Source: Candidatus Heimdallarchaeota archaeon (GTDB taxonomy: Archaea > Asgardarchaeota > Heimdallarchaeia > JABLTI01). Taken from it: DNA of 64,000 bases. Below, in pieces: positions 1 to 10,513 of this stretch. Position 1 is the stretch's first letter. Each line of letters opens with the position of its first letter. Both the position numbers and the translations under genes were made by a program. The notes beneath the pieces were generated by a model, which saw only the letters and a list, made by a program, of their open reading frames with translations, ran no database searches and had not been told where the DNA came from. The stretch is from contig JABCTZ010000011.1 in assembly GCA_018238155.1 (NCBI GenBank), positions 32,001 to 96,000 on the forward strand, read 5' to 3'.

Positions 1-76
1 AGAAAATCCAAGCATAAATAAAATATCCGGTGCAGACTATACAGACATTTTCTTCAATAAATCACATCCAATATGT

Positions 77-475
77 ATGAAATCACCATTTCAACATGCA
101 TTATGGTTAATGCATTGGTTCAAAGAGAATGAAAAGTTACCAGAATTCCCTGCGGTAGATGTGCTAAAAACACAAATAGATATGGTGAATTTAAACTATC
201 CACAAAGATTAGAAAAAGTACTAAGATCATCAAAGGAAATAATGGACTATCTAACAAAAGAACATGAAGTAATCTATAGATCAACATTGGACGGTCAAAA
301 CGTGATCGTTCAAGATAAAAGTGAAAACAGTCTCGTAATAAGCATAAGACCAAGTGGAACTGGACGATATACAAAAATAATAACCGAAATAGGTTTAGGG
401 AAAGCGGATAGCAAAAAAAGAAAGGAAATCGCTGAAATAATGAACAAAAATATTGCTAAAATAATTGGTAGCTAA
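77..475 (+). CDS. Hypothetical protein (reading frame may begin upstream of the annotated ATG)
   Basis: 132-aa ORF, no recognisable motif. Confidence 0.5.
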   Translation: MKSPFQHALWLMHWFKENEKLPEFPAVDVLKTQIDMVNLNYPQRLEKVLRSSKEIMDYLTKEHEVIYRSTLDGQNVIVQDKSENSLVISIRPSGTGRYTKIITEIGLGKADSKKRKEIAEIMNKNIAKIIGS

Positions 476-551
476 AAAGTAAAAAAATGCACCAAAATAA
501 AAGTGGTGCGAAGTAGTTTTTGTGTTCTTTAGGGATTAAGAAGCTATTGGA

Positions 552-679
552 TTATTGTCTAGAATCGGCAGTAATAGCTAGAAAAGCCATAAAGCCAATA
601 ACAGCGAGGACAATTAAACCAACAATACTTCCAAGAACGATTAATACAATAGCCCACCATTCCATAATTTTGTTCTCCA
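552..679 (-). CDS. Small single-TM membrane protein
   Basis: MENKIMEWWAIVLIVLGSIVGLIVLAVIGFMAFLAITADSRQ hydrophobic helix; the longer ORF start overlaps the tnpB remnant. Confidence 0.45.
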
Positions 680-773
680 TGAATTTTTTAGTTATAATAT
701 AATATTGATTATGTTTACCTATTAAATCTTTAGGCAATGAAATAGAAGAGAAAATAATTGGAGAAAACAATGC

Positions 774-1256
774 TTGAAGATAGCAAAAATACACCAAAAG
801 ATTCGCAATCAACGAAAAGACTACCTCCAAAAAGAAGCAACAAAATTAGTGAATACCTATGATTTAATTTCTCTTGAGGATTTAAAAATAGAAAATATGA
901 TGCAGAATCGCTATTTAGCAAAAAGCATCGGTAATGTCTCTTGGGGAATGTTTCGCAATTTCCTTTCGTATAAAACTGTAGAAAGCGGAAAAGTAATGGT
1001 TTTAGTAAATCCATATAATACTACTCAACTCTGCAGTGAATGTGAAGAGAAAGTAGAAAAGAGTTTAGCAATGAGAATTCATAGTTGCCCTAATTGTGGG
1101 TTAGTCATAGATAGAGATGAAAATTCAGCAAAAATAATCCTTAAGAGAGGATTGAAGAAGTTCCAGTCATCTATTGACAACACCGCTGGGTTGGCGGGAA
1201 GTGCTTGTGGAGAGACTTCAATAGAAGCTCAAGGAAGCAAGAAGATTGTTAATTAA
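774..1256 (+). pseudogene. tnpB: 5'-truncated IS200/IS605-family TnpB (RuvC-II, Zn ribbon and RuvC-III only)
   Basis: ISLEDL, VNPYNTTQLCSEC, CPNCG..IDRDENSA motifs; RuvC-I and N-terminal domains absent; no tnpA. Confidence 0.9.
1180..1245 (+). ncRNA. Putative TnpB omega-RNA scaffold / IS right-end remnant
   Basis: CCGCT-GGGTT-GGCGG hairpin followed by GCTTGTGGAGA...GAAGCAAGAA overlapping the tnpB 3' end, the layout typical of IS605/IS1341 ends. Confidence 0.5.
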
Positions 1257-1336
1257 CAATTGAAACCATAGAATGCTCGGCTTCGGTAATTAACATAAAG
1301 TTAAAAAACCGAACCTATTGAATAAAAATCATTGTT

Positions 1337-1414
1337 AGGCCTGTGGCGCAGCCTGGATAGCGTGCTTGGCTTCGGACCAAGAGGTCGGCGGTTCAAATCC
1401 GTCCAGGCCTGCCA
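1337..1414 (+). tRNA. tRNA-Arg(TCG)
   Basis: Acceptor AGGCCTG/CAGGCCT, anticodon arm CTTGG-CT TCG GA-CCAAG, GGTTCAAATCC, encoded CCA. Confidence 0.97.
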
Positions 1415-1479
1415 ATTTTTATTTATAATTTAGAGATTCATTACCTTTAAATTAGTTATAAGAAATAACTAATATTTGT

Positions 1480-2604
1480 TTATGCCATTGCCATTACTGC
1501 TATTACTATTGCTTCGACTATACTAAGAAAAGGTGCTATAAAAAGACCTATTTTTTTCATAAACCCTTCTTTTTTCTTTTCGAATATAGATTCAGATAAT
1601 GTTTTCAAAGTAATTGCTAAATGTGCTCTTTTTTCAGGATCTTTTTCCTTACTAATATCATTTAAAGTTCTAGTCATTTCAGCTTGAGTTAGCTTATAAG
1701 GATTAGTTTTATAGTTATCAAGTTCATCTTCCAAAGATTCAATTACAGATTTTAACTCATCAATATTATTTTGCTGAATTTCAATTGTACTTTGTAAGCT
1801 CTTCATTTGTTCTATCGTTTCTTTTGATAAAGTAGTCACTTGAGAATAATGCGCTGTTGATGATATTAAAATTTCTCTTGATTTTTCTTCATCCTTATCT
1901 GCAGAGCTTTTTATATTTTCAATTTTATCTTCAAATACCAATCTCCTACATAAAGAATCATATTTCTTTTGCTCATCTTCAGGCAATTCATCATACATTT
2001 CATCAATAATCTTAGTGCCAATACTTTTACTTCCAACCAACTCAACGTGTGCAATCGCAAAATTAAACTTATAATCTACATTAGCTTGGTTATCTATTTC
2101 ATCTTTGATTACTTCAGTTACCTCTTCTCCACCAATCATTAACAAAGAATCCAATGCAAGCAATCTGTAATCTATATCTTCATCATCTTTCATTATACTG
2201 ATTAAAACATCTTTAGCTTGTATTGTACCCAAAATTTCTATCGCTCTTTCTCTATGTGATCCTTCTTTAGCCATTTTGGATAATTTCTCTATGTCTTCAG
2301 AGGCAATTAATTCATCGAATTCAATGTCAATTTTGTATTTAGAATAGTCATCATAAGCAATTCCTACTGCAATAATTAAAAATAAACATATTACAGAACC
2401 AAAAAATATTGTATGTAAATCAGCAGGTAATGTTATTATAAGTAAAACAATAGAAATGATAAAACCTATAATAAATAAAACTGTTAATGACTTTTCTTCT
2501 GTTCTTCTCCAAAACTCACCAATACTATAACCACTATATTCCAATTCTTCATCCATTTTATTTCTCTCACAAATTGATATTCTTAAACAATTAAGCTTGA
2601 CCAT
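1480..2604 (-). CDS. Membrane protein with HEAT-like repeats and coiled coil (likely start MDEELEY)
   Basis: Two N-terminal TM helices, RERAIEILG / RLLALDSL HEAT-like motifs, heptad region, C-terminal hydrophobic helix. Confidence 0.6.
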   Translation of the reverse strand: MVKLNCLRISICERNKMDEELEYSGYSIGEFWRRTEEKSLTVLFIIGFIISIVLLIITLPADLHTIFFGSVICLFLIIAVGIAYDDYSKYKIDIEFDELIASEDIEKLSKMAKEGSHRERAIEILGTIQAKDVLISIMKDDEDIDYRLLALDSLLMIGGEEVTEVIKDEIDNQANVDYKFNFAIAHVELVGSKSIGTKIIDEMYDELPEDEQKKYDSLCRRLVFEDKIENIKSSADKDEEKSREILISSTAHYSQVTTLSKETIEQMKSLQSTIEIQQNNIDELKSVIESLEDELDNYKTNPYKLTQAEMTRTLNDISKEKDPEKRAHLAITLKTLSESIFEKKKEGFMKKIGLFIAPFLSIVEAIVIAVMAMA

Positions 2605-2759
2605 ATTTAATTATATCTAGTTTTTTAAAAAAGAAAGGTATAATAATTCAGAAACACGTATCTTTTTCGGGATTAAATTCTCATATATATTTCATTTGAG
2701 AAAGTGATGCCAATTTGGAAAAAGCAACTTAAAAGTGTACTCTATTGTAGCAAAACATT

Positions 2760-3860
2760 TTGAGTCTTTTTATTCATAATATTATACAGGGGAAAAAATT
2801 GAATTCGATAAACTCTAAAGAAAAAAACCATATTGCAATTTATTGGGATTATGAGAATGTACAAGTTTCAAATTTAGGAGATCAAACTAACATTCCTTCC
2901 GTTGAAAGCATTCTTGATTTTGCTAAGGAATATGGATTAGTTAAATATCAAAATATATATTCAAATTGGTCAACAGAAAACAAAGCCCTAAAAATGAGCC
3001 TTTACAGTCTTGGTTTTGAATTGATTATTGTACCTATGTCAAAAAGCAATAGTTGTGATTTAAAAATAGCAGCAGATATTGCTAATGACATATACAGTGA
3101 CAATATGATTACAGATGTTATCTTGATTACCGGTGATAAGGATTTTATTCCCATAATTACTTGGTTAAAAAAAATCGGAAAAAACGTTGTGTTAATAGGT
3201 CAACCTGATATTACAAGTGATCACTTAATTTTAAGTGCAGATGAATATATTCCGTTTACGAGTTTTACAGCAAAAGAATCAATTTGGCAAGGTACATATA
3301 AAGAAGCTAAAATTCTATTATTAGAGCTACTAAAAGAGTTAACAGAACAACTAAGGTCTACACGCTTTTCTTTTGTTAAAGCTATGATGAAAGATAAAGC
3401 AAAAGGTTTTGATGAAAAAGAAATAACTAATCGACAATATCAGAAATTCCAGGAATTCATTTTTGAAGTTGAAAAGGATAAGGCTATACAAATTAATGGC
3501 AGTGGTGGCTTCTTGGAAATGTTCTTACCTGAAGTAAACTCTGTAACTGAATCTGAGTTTGCTGAAGTTATTTCACAACCAACATTGGAACACTGGGAGT
3601 TATTTTTTGATCGTATTGAATTATGTTTTAAAGATGGCAAAGGAAAGAAAACTGAGGGAACTGAATATATACTATTGGCTTACTTGAAAACTTTAAGAGA
3701 AGAAGAGAAACTTCCTTTAACAAAAAATCAGATTCGTGATATGTTTAGTTCAATTATTGATATAGGATTGCTTGTTGAATTAAAGAAAAAGCAATATAAA
3801 ATGAGTGTTAATTATCAAGAGCTCAAGAATATTTTCTTTGGACAATTTAGAGAAAATTAG
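2760..3860 (+). CDS. NYN (LabA/DUF88, PIN-like) domain protein with probable LOTUS/OST-HTH domain
   Basis: IYWDYENV, KSNSCDLKI, LITGDKDF, LILSADEYI; FDEK..YQKFQEFI LOTUS-like segment. Confidence 0.88.
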   Translation: MSLFIHNIIQGKKLNSINSKEKNHIAIYWDYENVQVSNLGDQTNIPSVESILDFAKEYGLVKYQNIYSNWSTENKALKMSLYSLGFELIIVPMSKSNSCDLKIAADIANDIYSDNMITDVILITGDKDFIPIITWLKKIGKNVVLIGQPDITSDHLILSADEYIPFTSFTAKESIWQGTYKEAKILLLELLKELTEQLRSTRFSFVKAMMKDKAKGFDEKEITNRQYQKFQEFIFEVEKDKAIQINGSGGFLEMFLPEVNSVTESEFAEVISQPTLEHWELFFDRIELCFKDGKGKKTEGTEYILLAYLKTLREEEKLPLTKNQIRDMFSSIIDIGLLVELKKKQYKMSVNYQELKNIFFGQFREN

Positions 3861-4078
3861 TTGTAAACAAAATTTACAATAAATATATATGATGTTTTTT
3901 TGTAATATTGCATTTTTAATGCCTTAAATCAAACAAATTGAAGAAATTCTTTTAAATTATATAGCTATTGTTAATTCATAAAATATAAAATATCTAATGA
4001 TATTGCATGAACATTAAGAAATATATACTCAATCTAATATATTTAAATGTCCAAATGCTTAATAAATTAACAAAGTGA

Positions 4079-4300
4079 TTGAAAATGTCAAAAAGAGGAA
4101 ATGATTTAGGATTCAAAGAGTCAGATATAGTAGGTAAAATTGTGAAATATGATTCAATTTCTGCATTTCATTTGACTACTTCTGGTAGAAGTTCTTTGAA
4201 AGAAAAAGTAGCAGGAAGAGGTAAAGCCATTAAAAGGCACTCAACCATTTTTTCCAAAGATAATTATAAATTACTTAATGGAAAAATAATCAAAAAATAA
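4079..4300 (+). CDS. Small basic hypothetical protein
   Basis: 73-aa ORF in AT-rich DNA with upstream TATA-like and AAGTGA elements. Confidence 0.5.
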   Translation: MKMSKRGNDLGFKESDIVGKIVKYDSISAFHLTTSGRSSLKEKVAGRGKAIKRHSTIFSKDNYKLLNGKIIKK

Positions 4301-4568
4301 TTTAGGTTTTTTCAGTAATAATCATTAAAATTAAGAAAAGCTTAAATTATTCAATCTATTTTTAAAATAGAATGGAATAGGAGATAATAAAATTAAAATT
4401 GGAGAGTATGGGTCTTTAAATTATAAAAATAATAAAAGTGATTCTTCACAAGACGAAGAAAAAAACCCTGAATTAGAAATTATAAGGGCCTATTTCTCAT
4501 TTTTTGAAACCCAGCTTGAATCAGCTGATCCAATAACTGTAGATTTTTCAAAAATAACACTAAAAAAA

Positions 4569-6158
4569 ATGGAAAAAGTTACTCTAAGCACTATTCAGGA
4601 AAGTGATTATTGTAATTTGATTGAATGGAAAATTCAGGAATCTGAATTACCAAATCATTGTCTGGAAAAAATCGAAATAAATTTATTAGAATTACTGGAA
4701 TTCCTTAAAGAGGAACTTGAAAACGATTTGCAAAGTAATGAAAATACATTCAAGCTATATGTATTATTAAAATCATTTTTTACAATTATTTCTGAATTCT
4801 TTATATTAAAAGAGATACTAGAAGACTTTATCAAAGAATATAACTTAGAGAGTTCAGAAGACAATCATAAATTTTCTGAAGAAATGAAAAAAATAAGCTA
4901 TTTTTGTAAATTAAAAATTCTTTGTTGTTTTAATATAGATGAAGAACTATATGTGAAATATCTGTGCAATAAAAAAACGAAGAATTTTTCTCCTGAAAAA
5001 GGGAAGAAAATTATATCAAGTATGTTAAAAACACTGGTTTTACTAGATGACATAAATAAAGAGAATATAACTGATGACTCCATAGATCTCCCATATATAT
5101 TGAATTTCAATGTAGAATATAGTCTATTCACACCATCTCAATTTAATCAAATGATTGAAAAGAATTTAAATTATATTAATTATGAAAAAATAATTGAAAA
5201 TTTACGAATTATTAATGATATATTTTATAGGGATCACTTTATTCATTCTTTTTTTGTGTCTGCTTTACTTCTATACATAGTCAATAAAATTGATGACATA
5301 TTACCTGATAATTTGAATAGACATCTATTAAATTTAGTAGGATTATTTCATGACGATGCTTATCCAATTGAGGAAATTACCTCTCTACTGCCAAAATTTC
5401 TTGAACCAATAGAAGAGATTTTTCCAATAAAATTTAATTTTTCAGATATTTTTACCGCAATAACCTCCAAACAAAATATTGTAGATGAAGAAATTGAAAA
5501 TGAATTCATTAGTAAATATTTTATAACTCCTATATGTCAAGATAATGAAATTAATGATAATTTTAAAAAAATTTTGCAAATTGCAATAAAAACCATTATT
5601 TTATCAAAGGAATGTGATCATGGATACATCTCATCATTATCACTGTTCTCAAATGTAAAAAGATTATCTACAAATTCTACTGTAATCGCAAGATTTGGTT
5701 ATAAGTTCAATCTAGATGAGAATGAGCTTAATAAAATTGGTATCACTGATTTTATTCCTAAAATATTTGAAAATGTTTTTTATTCAATCGCACTTCATAA
5801 TATAAAATTTAATAAAGGGGATGGAGTAGAATTATTATTTAACAATGATACTTCAAAATTTATCTCTTTATTAAATTTAGTAGATAATCTACAACATTGG
5901 AGAAGGACCCCAACAAAAGATTACGATAATGCTATATTAGAATCATTAAGTTTAGACACTGGGTCTCTAAAAATAAAATTAAAGTATATTTTTAATAATG
6001 TACCTACTTCGTTTAATAGGCATTCAATCGAAGATTATTTTAAAAAAATATTCACATTATTTAAATTTGATAAAAGAAGCATAAGTGAATTAGAAATTAT
6101 TATTGATATTAGTGATATTGGTGAAAGGAATATTGAACTAAAGTTTTCACATAATTAG
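4569..6158 (+). CDS. HD-superfamily metal-dependent phosphohydrolase
   Basis: RDHFIHS, GLFHDDAYP, DHG, IALHN, LVDNLQHWRR motifs; frame is open upstream to 4371, so a non-ATG start is possible. Confidence 0.75.
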   Translation: MEKVTLSTIQESDYCNLIEWKIQESELPNHCLEKIEINLLELLEFLKEELENDLQSNENTFKLYVLLKSFFTIISEFFILKEILEDFIKEYNLESSEDNHKFSEEMKKISYFCKLKILCCFNIDEELYVKYLCNKKTKNFSPEKGKKIISSMLKTLVLLDDINKENITDDSIDLPYILNFNVEYSLFTPSQFNQMIEKNLNYINYEKIIENLRIINDIFYRDHFIHSFFVSALLLYIVNKIDDILPDNLNRHLLNLVGLFHDDAYPIEEITSLLPKFLEPIEEIFPIKFNFSDIFTAITSKQNIVDEEIENEFISKYFITPICQDNEINDNFKKILQIAIKTIILSKECDHGYISSLSLFSNVKRLSTNSTVIARFGYKFNLDENELNKIGITDFIPKIFENVFYSIALHNIKFNKGDGVELLFNNDTSKFISLLNLVDNLQHWRRTPTKDYDNAILESLSLDTGSLKIKLKYIFNNVPTSFNRHSIEDYFKKIFTLFKFDKRSISELEIIIDISDIGERNIELKFSHN

Positions 6159-6169
6159 GGGAAATCAAT

Positions 6170-8917
6170 ATGTTGTTTATTAATAAATACAATAAAAAAG
6201 ATAACAATTTTTTAAATATTTTATTTATTCAAACACATAATGTGAATGAAATAAAAACGATAAAACAGAAAATTGCCGATAACAATATCAATGATAATGG
6301 AAAAAGTTCATATTTTCATTCTTTAGGAAAATATGATATTGTAATCTTAGAAGAAACAAAAGATCTTACTTCTATACAAAAATCACCTATTCTTACCGAT
6401 CCAACAATACAAATCAAAGGGTGGTTTCCAATATCTGCTGTTGAATTTTACTCTGATTTAGATCTGAAAAATAGCAATTTTGAAGTAGTAAATTCTGAGA
6501 ACAACGAACTAAAGCGTGGTTTTGAAATTAGTGAAACAGAAATAGTTCTTGTTACTTTGATTAATCTTCAAGATTTTATAAATTTAAATGAGAATATTTC
6601 CAATACCATTTTTCGTAATTTAAACGATTCTTCAAAAGTTATAGATACAAAATCCTTTTCTGATTTCTCAAGATTTTGCATTATTGAGGATTTGATACAA
6701 TTAGCTTATGAGAAGCAAATAGAAATGAGAATTTTTGGTGGTTTTGGTAGAAATGAAATTATTATACTAACAAATCTAACAACAAGTGATTCTAATAAAT
6801 TACAAAATGCTGAAAGCATATACTATCAAAGAAGAAATAATGGGAAAAAAACAACACAAAAACCTGTAACCGTTGCTTGGAGAGTTACAAACTTAATTAA
6901 TCAAATTCTTCCAATAAATAAAAATTTAGCAACAATATTACCACATATTGAATTGGATAATATCGAAAAAAGAATAAATGCCAATGCTATTAATATTTCC
7001 AGAGCTATAGATTTAACCTCAATTATATCAATATCATTTAATGCAAATAGTATTATCAATTTGGATACTGATACTGTTTCAATTATTGAAGAAGAAACAA
7101 AATTAAGCACTTTTATTTCCACTGATAATATACTGTCGTGTATAGAACTTCCAAAACTTGATAAATTAATAAAAAGAAACACTATTTTCGGGTTTTATGA
7201 TTATTATTATGAATGGGAATGTGGTATTTTTGAATGTATTGATAAAATAATTAGCTTTAAAAGAACAATAGAAGAAAGTGATAATCTTATTCAAACATAT
7301 ACTTTTATCTCCCCAATAAATCTTTCAAGTAAATTCGAAAAAGTTAATGGTTATCTAAAAACATTAGATTTTAAAAAAAGTAAGAATTATTTAAGCATTA
7401 TACCTAGAAAACCAAATTGTTCTGGATGCTCAGTTTTTAAAATATTAAAACAAAATAATTATCCCCCCTCAAATTTAAAGAGATTATTCTTTTATTTTGC
7501 TGAAAATAAACTTTTTGAATTAGAATCCATTATAAGAAATTCCTTTGAAGATCCTTCAATAATTTGTTCATTAAGGAATATATGTAACTATATTGAAGGC
7601 ATTTATAAAGACATAGTTAAATATTCAGAGATAGAGGAAGAAAAGAGAAATAAAATTGAAAATCCATTATTATACCCTAAATATATAAAATATATTGAAA
7701 ATGAAAAGAATAGAAATAGAAACAAATTAATGCAAGATATTGGAACATTACAATTTGTTTTGCAACAAAGACTTTCAAATCTACAACAAACAAAAATGAT
7801 AGGTGGCAAATCTTTAGAAATAAATCAAATTCCTATTAATTATGAACAAATAATTATTGCTGCTGAAACAATGTGTTTTTATACATTTAATCAATTTAAT
7901 ATGAATTTATTCGAAATGGATTTAATTAAAGCTAAATTATGGCCAATTGTTACAATTGGATTAGATAGCACTTTTACACTAATTCCACCAGGTTTTATAA
8001 ATTTACCAAATAAAAGTATTTATGAGCCAAGCACTTGGTCTGGTATTATCCATGAATCGATACATTATATATTCAATCATATAAAAATAGAGGGAAAGAA
8101 ACTAGAAAAATATAATGAAATATCAAATTTAGTAAAAAATGAAAATGATGAGAATATTGAATACTTTGAAATTTTTGATGATTTGCTAATTGATTTAATT
8201 ATATTAATAATTGGATTTGATTTTAATATTACGCCATTTATAATCTCCTCTATAACAAATATGATTGAAGAGAATTTTACTTGGGAAAACTTTAGTCGAT
8301 TGATTATTTCTTTTACATTCTCAATTTATTATGAATTAAACAAAGAAAATGATATAGATTTAATCCCCCTCAATGAGATTTTGTCTCATAAATTTCCGAG
8401 TAAAAACAAAAATCATGAACTAGATTTCTTTGATAAGATATGTGAAATAGTTTCTATTTTTTATCAAAATATAATCGATCAAGAAAAACTACCTTATAAA
8501 AGTGATGAAGTCAAAAAAATATTTAATACATTTTGTAATAAAACATACAAAGTTAAAAACTTTGAAACTAAAAAATCTTTATTGGAATTATTTTATGATT
8601 ATTTGATTATTCAAGGGGATATGATAAAGATTAAAGATTCAAAGAAAAATGATATTAGAACCTTACGGAAATATCTCGAAGAAGGAAAGATATCCAATTT
8701 TTCACCCAAAGATATATTGTTGTGTTTAAATGAACCTTTAGAAAAAAACACTCATAAATTGAAATTTTCAATACGAGGTAAGGAAATGGAATATGAATAT
8801 TATTTTCCAAAAGAAAATTTCAGAATAACTAATAGTCTAATAGTAAAATATACTGCAATAATGAATTTAATTAAATGGCAAGAGGAACAAATACTTGGGG
8901 AATATAAAAAATTATAA
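6170..8917 (+). CDS. Large protein with HEXXH motif and repeated G-x-[YF]-D segments
   Basis: IIHESIHY; SLGKYDIV and TIFGFYDY ferredoxin-fold-like segments; 11 bp downstream of the HD gene. Confidence 0.6.
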   Translation: MLFINKYNKKDNNFLNILFIQTHNVNEIKTIKQKIADNNINDNGKSSYFHSLGKYDIVILEETKDLTSIQKSPILTDPTIQIKGWFPISAVEFYSDLDLKNSNFEVVNSENNELKRGFEISETEIVLVTLINLQDFINLNENISNTIFRNLNDSSKVIDTKSFSDFSRFCIIEDLIQLAYEKQIEMRIFGGFGRNEIIILTNLTTSDSNKLQNAESIYYQRRNNGKKTTQKPVTVAWRVTNLINQILPINKNLATILPHIELDNIEKRINANAINISRAIDLTSIISISFNANSIINLDTDTVSIIEEETKLSTFISTDNILSCIELPKLDKLIKRNTIFGFYDYYYEWECGIFECIDKIISFKRTIEESDNLIQTYTFISPINLSSKFEKVNGYLKTLDFKKSKNYLSIIPRKPNCSGCSVFKILKQNNYPPSNLKRLFFYFAENKLFELESIIRNSFEDPSIICSLRNICNYIEGIYKDIVKYSEIEEEKRNKIENPLLYPKYIKYIENEKNRNRNKLMQDIGTLQFVLQQRLSNLQQTKMIGGKSLEINQIPINYEQIIIAAETMCFYTFNQFNMNLFEMDLIKAKLWPIVTIGLDSTFTLIPPGFINLPNKSIYEPSTWSGIIHESIHYIFNHIKIEGKKLEKYNEISNLVKNENDENIEYFEIFDDLLIDLIILIIGFDFNITPFIISSITNMIEENFTWENFSRLIISFTFSIYYELNKENDIDLIPLNEILSHKFPSKNKNHELDFFDKICEIVSIFYQNIIDQEKLPYKSDEVKKIFNTFCNKTYKVKNFETKKSLLELFYDYLIIQGDMIKIKDSKKNDIRTLRKYLEEGKISNFSPKDILLCLNEPLEKNTHKLKFSIRGKEMEYEYYFPKENFRITNSLIVKYTAIMNLIKWQEEQILGEYKKL

Positions 8918-9206
8918 TGAAAGGATTGATTTGAATGAATCTTAAGGATGTTTGTTAAACATCTATACCTCTTTCAAGAATTAATCATTATAAATTGTTT
9001 TTTAATAAGTAGAGTTGTTAATAAAAATTGGCAAAATTTCACAAGGTTCATTGAACTTTCTATTTAGCATATGTATTCTTTTTTCTCTCTTTATTTTAAT
9101 TTCCTTGATTTAAAATAGAAATTTTTATTACTTATTAAAAATAAATCTGATTTCTTACTTAGTATACGTTTTTCTGTTGATTGAGCAAAAATCAAACTTT
9201 AAGGAT

Positions 9207-9285
9207 TGGCGGATGTGGGGAGATTTGAACTCCCGAACCTCCTGGTCCGGAGCCAGGCACTCTATCCAAGCTGAGCTACACATCC
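9207..9285 (-). tRNA. tRNA-Arg(CCG)
   Basis: Reverse complement GGATGTG...CCTGG-CT CCG GA-CCAGG...GTTCAAATC...CACATCC-GCCA. Confidence 0.97.
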
Positions 9286-9401
9286 AAGTAGAAAAAAAAT
9301 TCTTTTTAGTAATTAATTCTTTTTGCCTAATCGTTAAATTTAAGTAGTAATAACATTGGACAGACACCATAAGAATGGATAATTAGGAGAAAATCGAAAA
9401 A

Positions 9402-9614
9402 ATGTCCGAACCAACCATCCCAAAACCAACTTCAGAATTCATTCAAGTTGAATGTCCTGATTGTAACAAGGTTCAAAGAGTCTTTAGCCATGCTTCCACG
9501 CAAGTTCATTGTCAAGTATGCAATTGCTTATTAGCAAAACCTGCAGGTGGCAAATGTAAAATACTTGGTAAAATCGTTGAACCAGAAAAAAAGGTCGTAG
9601 AACCACAAGCCTAA
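9402..9614 (+). CDS. rps27e: 30S ribosomal protein eS27
   Basis: PTSEFIQVECPDC..VFSHAST.V.C..C...LA.P.GGK. Confidence 0.97.
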   Translation: MSEPTIPKPTSEFIQVECPDCNKVQRVFSHASTQVHCQVCNCLLAKPAGGKCKILGKIVEPEKKVVEPQA

Positions 9615-9706
9615 AACCGTTATTTCATTTTGAATATGAAATCCTTCAAAGAACGTTTTAAAAGAGATTAGGTTTATTTTTTCAAACCTATTCAACTATT
9701 TATTTT

Positions 9707-10297
9707 CTACAAGTTTGGTAGATCTACTCTATCTGCCGCATTTTTCATTATCAGTGTTTTTGCATATATGATTGGTAGTCGTACAATGTCTTCTTTTTTG
9801 AAAGGACCAAATGTTTTCTTTGTTTCACCTTTCGCTGTAGCAGCAACTATTTCAGGTATATCTTCTAAAATTCGAATAATCATTAATTCTATTTCTTCTG
9901 TTTTTTTCTCTTCTCTTGGTAATTCTATTGATACTTTTCCGTAAATGCTTCTTTGATTATGCTCATCAAATAGGCGCTCAAGATTGGACACCAGGTCAAT
10001 TTCTTCAGCAGCCAAACCATCTTTATTTAAATTATCATCTAAAATTTCATGAATGATTTTATGTTTTCTGACTTTTGATAAATCACGTAAAATTTTATTT
10101 AAACGCTCAATTCGTTCATTGATTATCGTGAAGGAAACGGTCTCTTTTTTATCTAATTTTTCAAGATCTTTTACAAGCATGTTAATTTTCTGTCTTATTG
10201 TTGAATAGATTACACTTTTTACTTCAAGTAATTTATTTGATTGTCTTTCGCTTTTCCAAAGCAGAACGATTTGATTATATTGTTTATCTCTACTCAT
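9707..10297 (-). CDS. ginS: GINS complex subunit (Gins15/51-type)
   Basis: Helical A domain plus C-terminal B domain (IRILEDIPEIV...GPFKKEDIVRLP..A..L); directly downstream of PCNA. Confidence 0.85.
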   Translation of the reverse strand: MSRDKQYNQIVLLWKSERQSNKLLEVKSVIYSTIRQKINMLVKDLEKLDKKETVSFTIINERIERLNKILRDLSKVRKHKIIHEILDDNLNKDGLAAEEIDLVSNLERLFDEHNQRSIYGKVSIELPREEKKTEEIELMIIRILEDIPEIVAATAKGETKKTFGPFKKEDIVRLPIIYAKTLIMKNAADRVDLPNL

Positions 10298-10513
10298 TCA
10301 TTTATCCTCGATGTTGTATAGATTGCATTTTCTGATTACTTTCATTTTACTTTCTAACGATAAATAGTCATTTTTATCTTTTACTTTTTTGGCACTTGCT
10401 TACAAAACAATTTGTTATATTTCTATTGATAGAAAGAAGGAAAGATGGGCGAGTAAGCCTCCTTATCCTCTGAATATGATAGCTAATTCCTATGAAATAA
10501 ATGCTGAAATTTC

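Noticed and set aside
774-1256. Active TnpB/Cas12-like nuclease
   Set aside because: RuvC-I and the N-terminal lobe are missing, and there is no transposase or array.
9155-9370. 71-aa ORF
   Set aside because: It overlaps tRNA-Arg(CCG) and is spurious.
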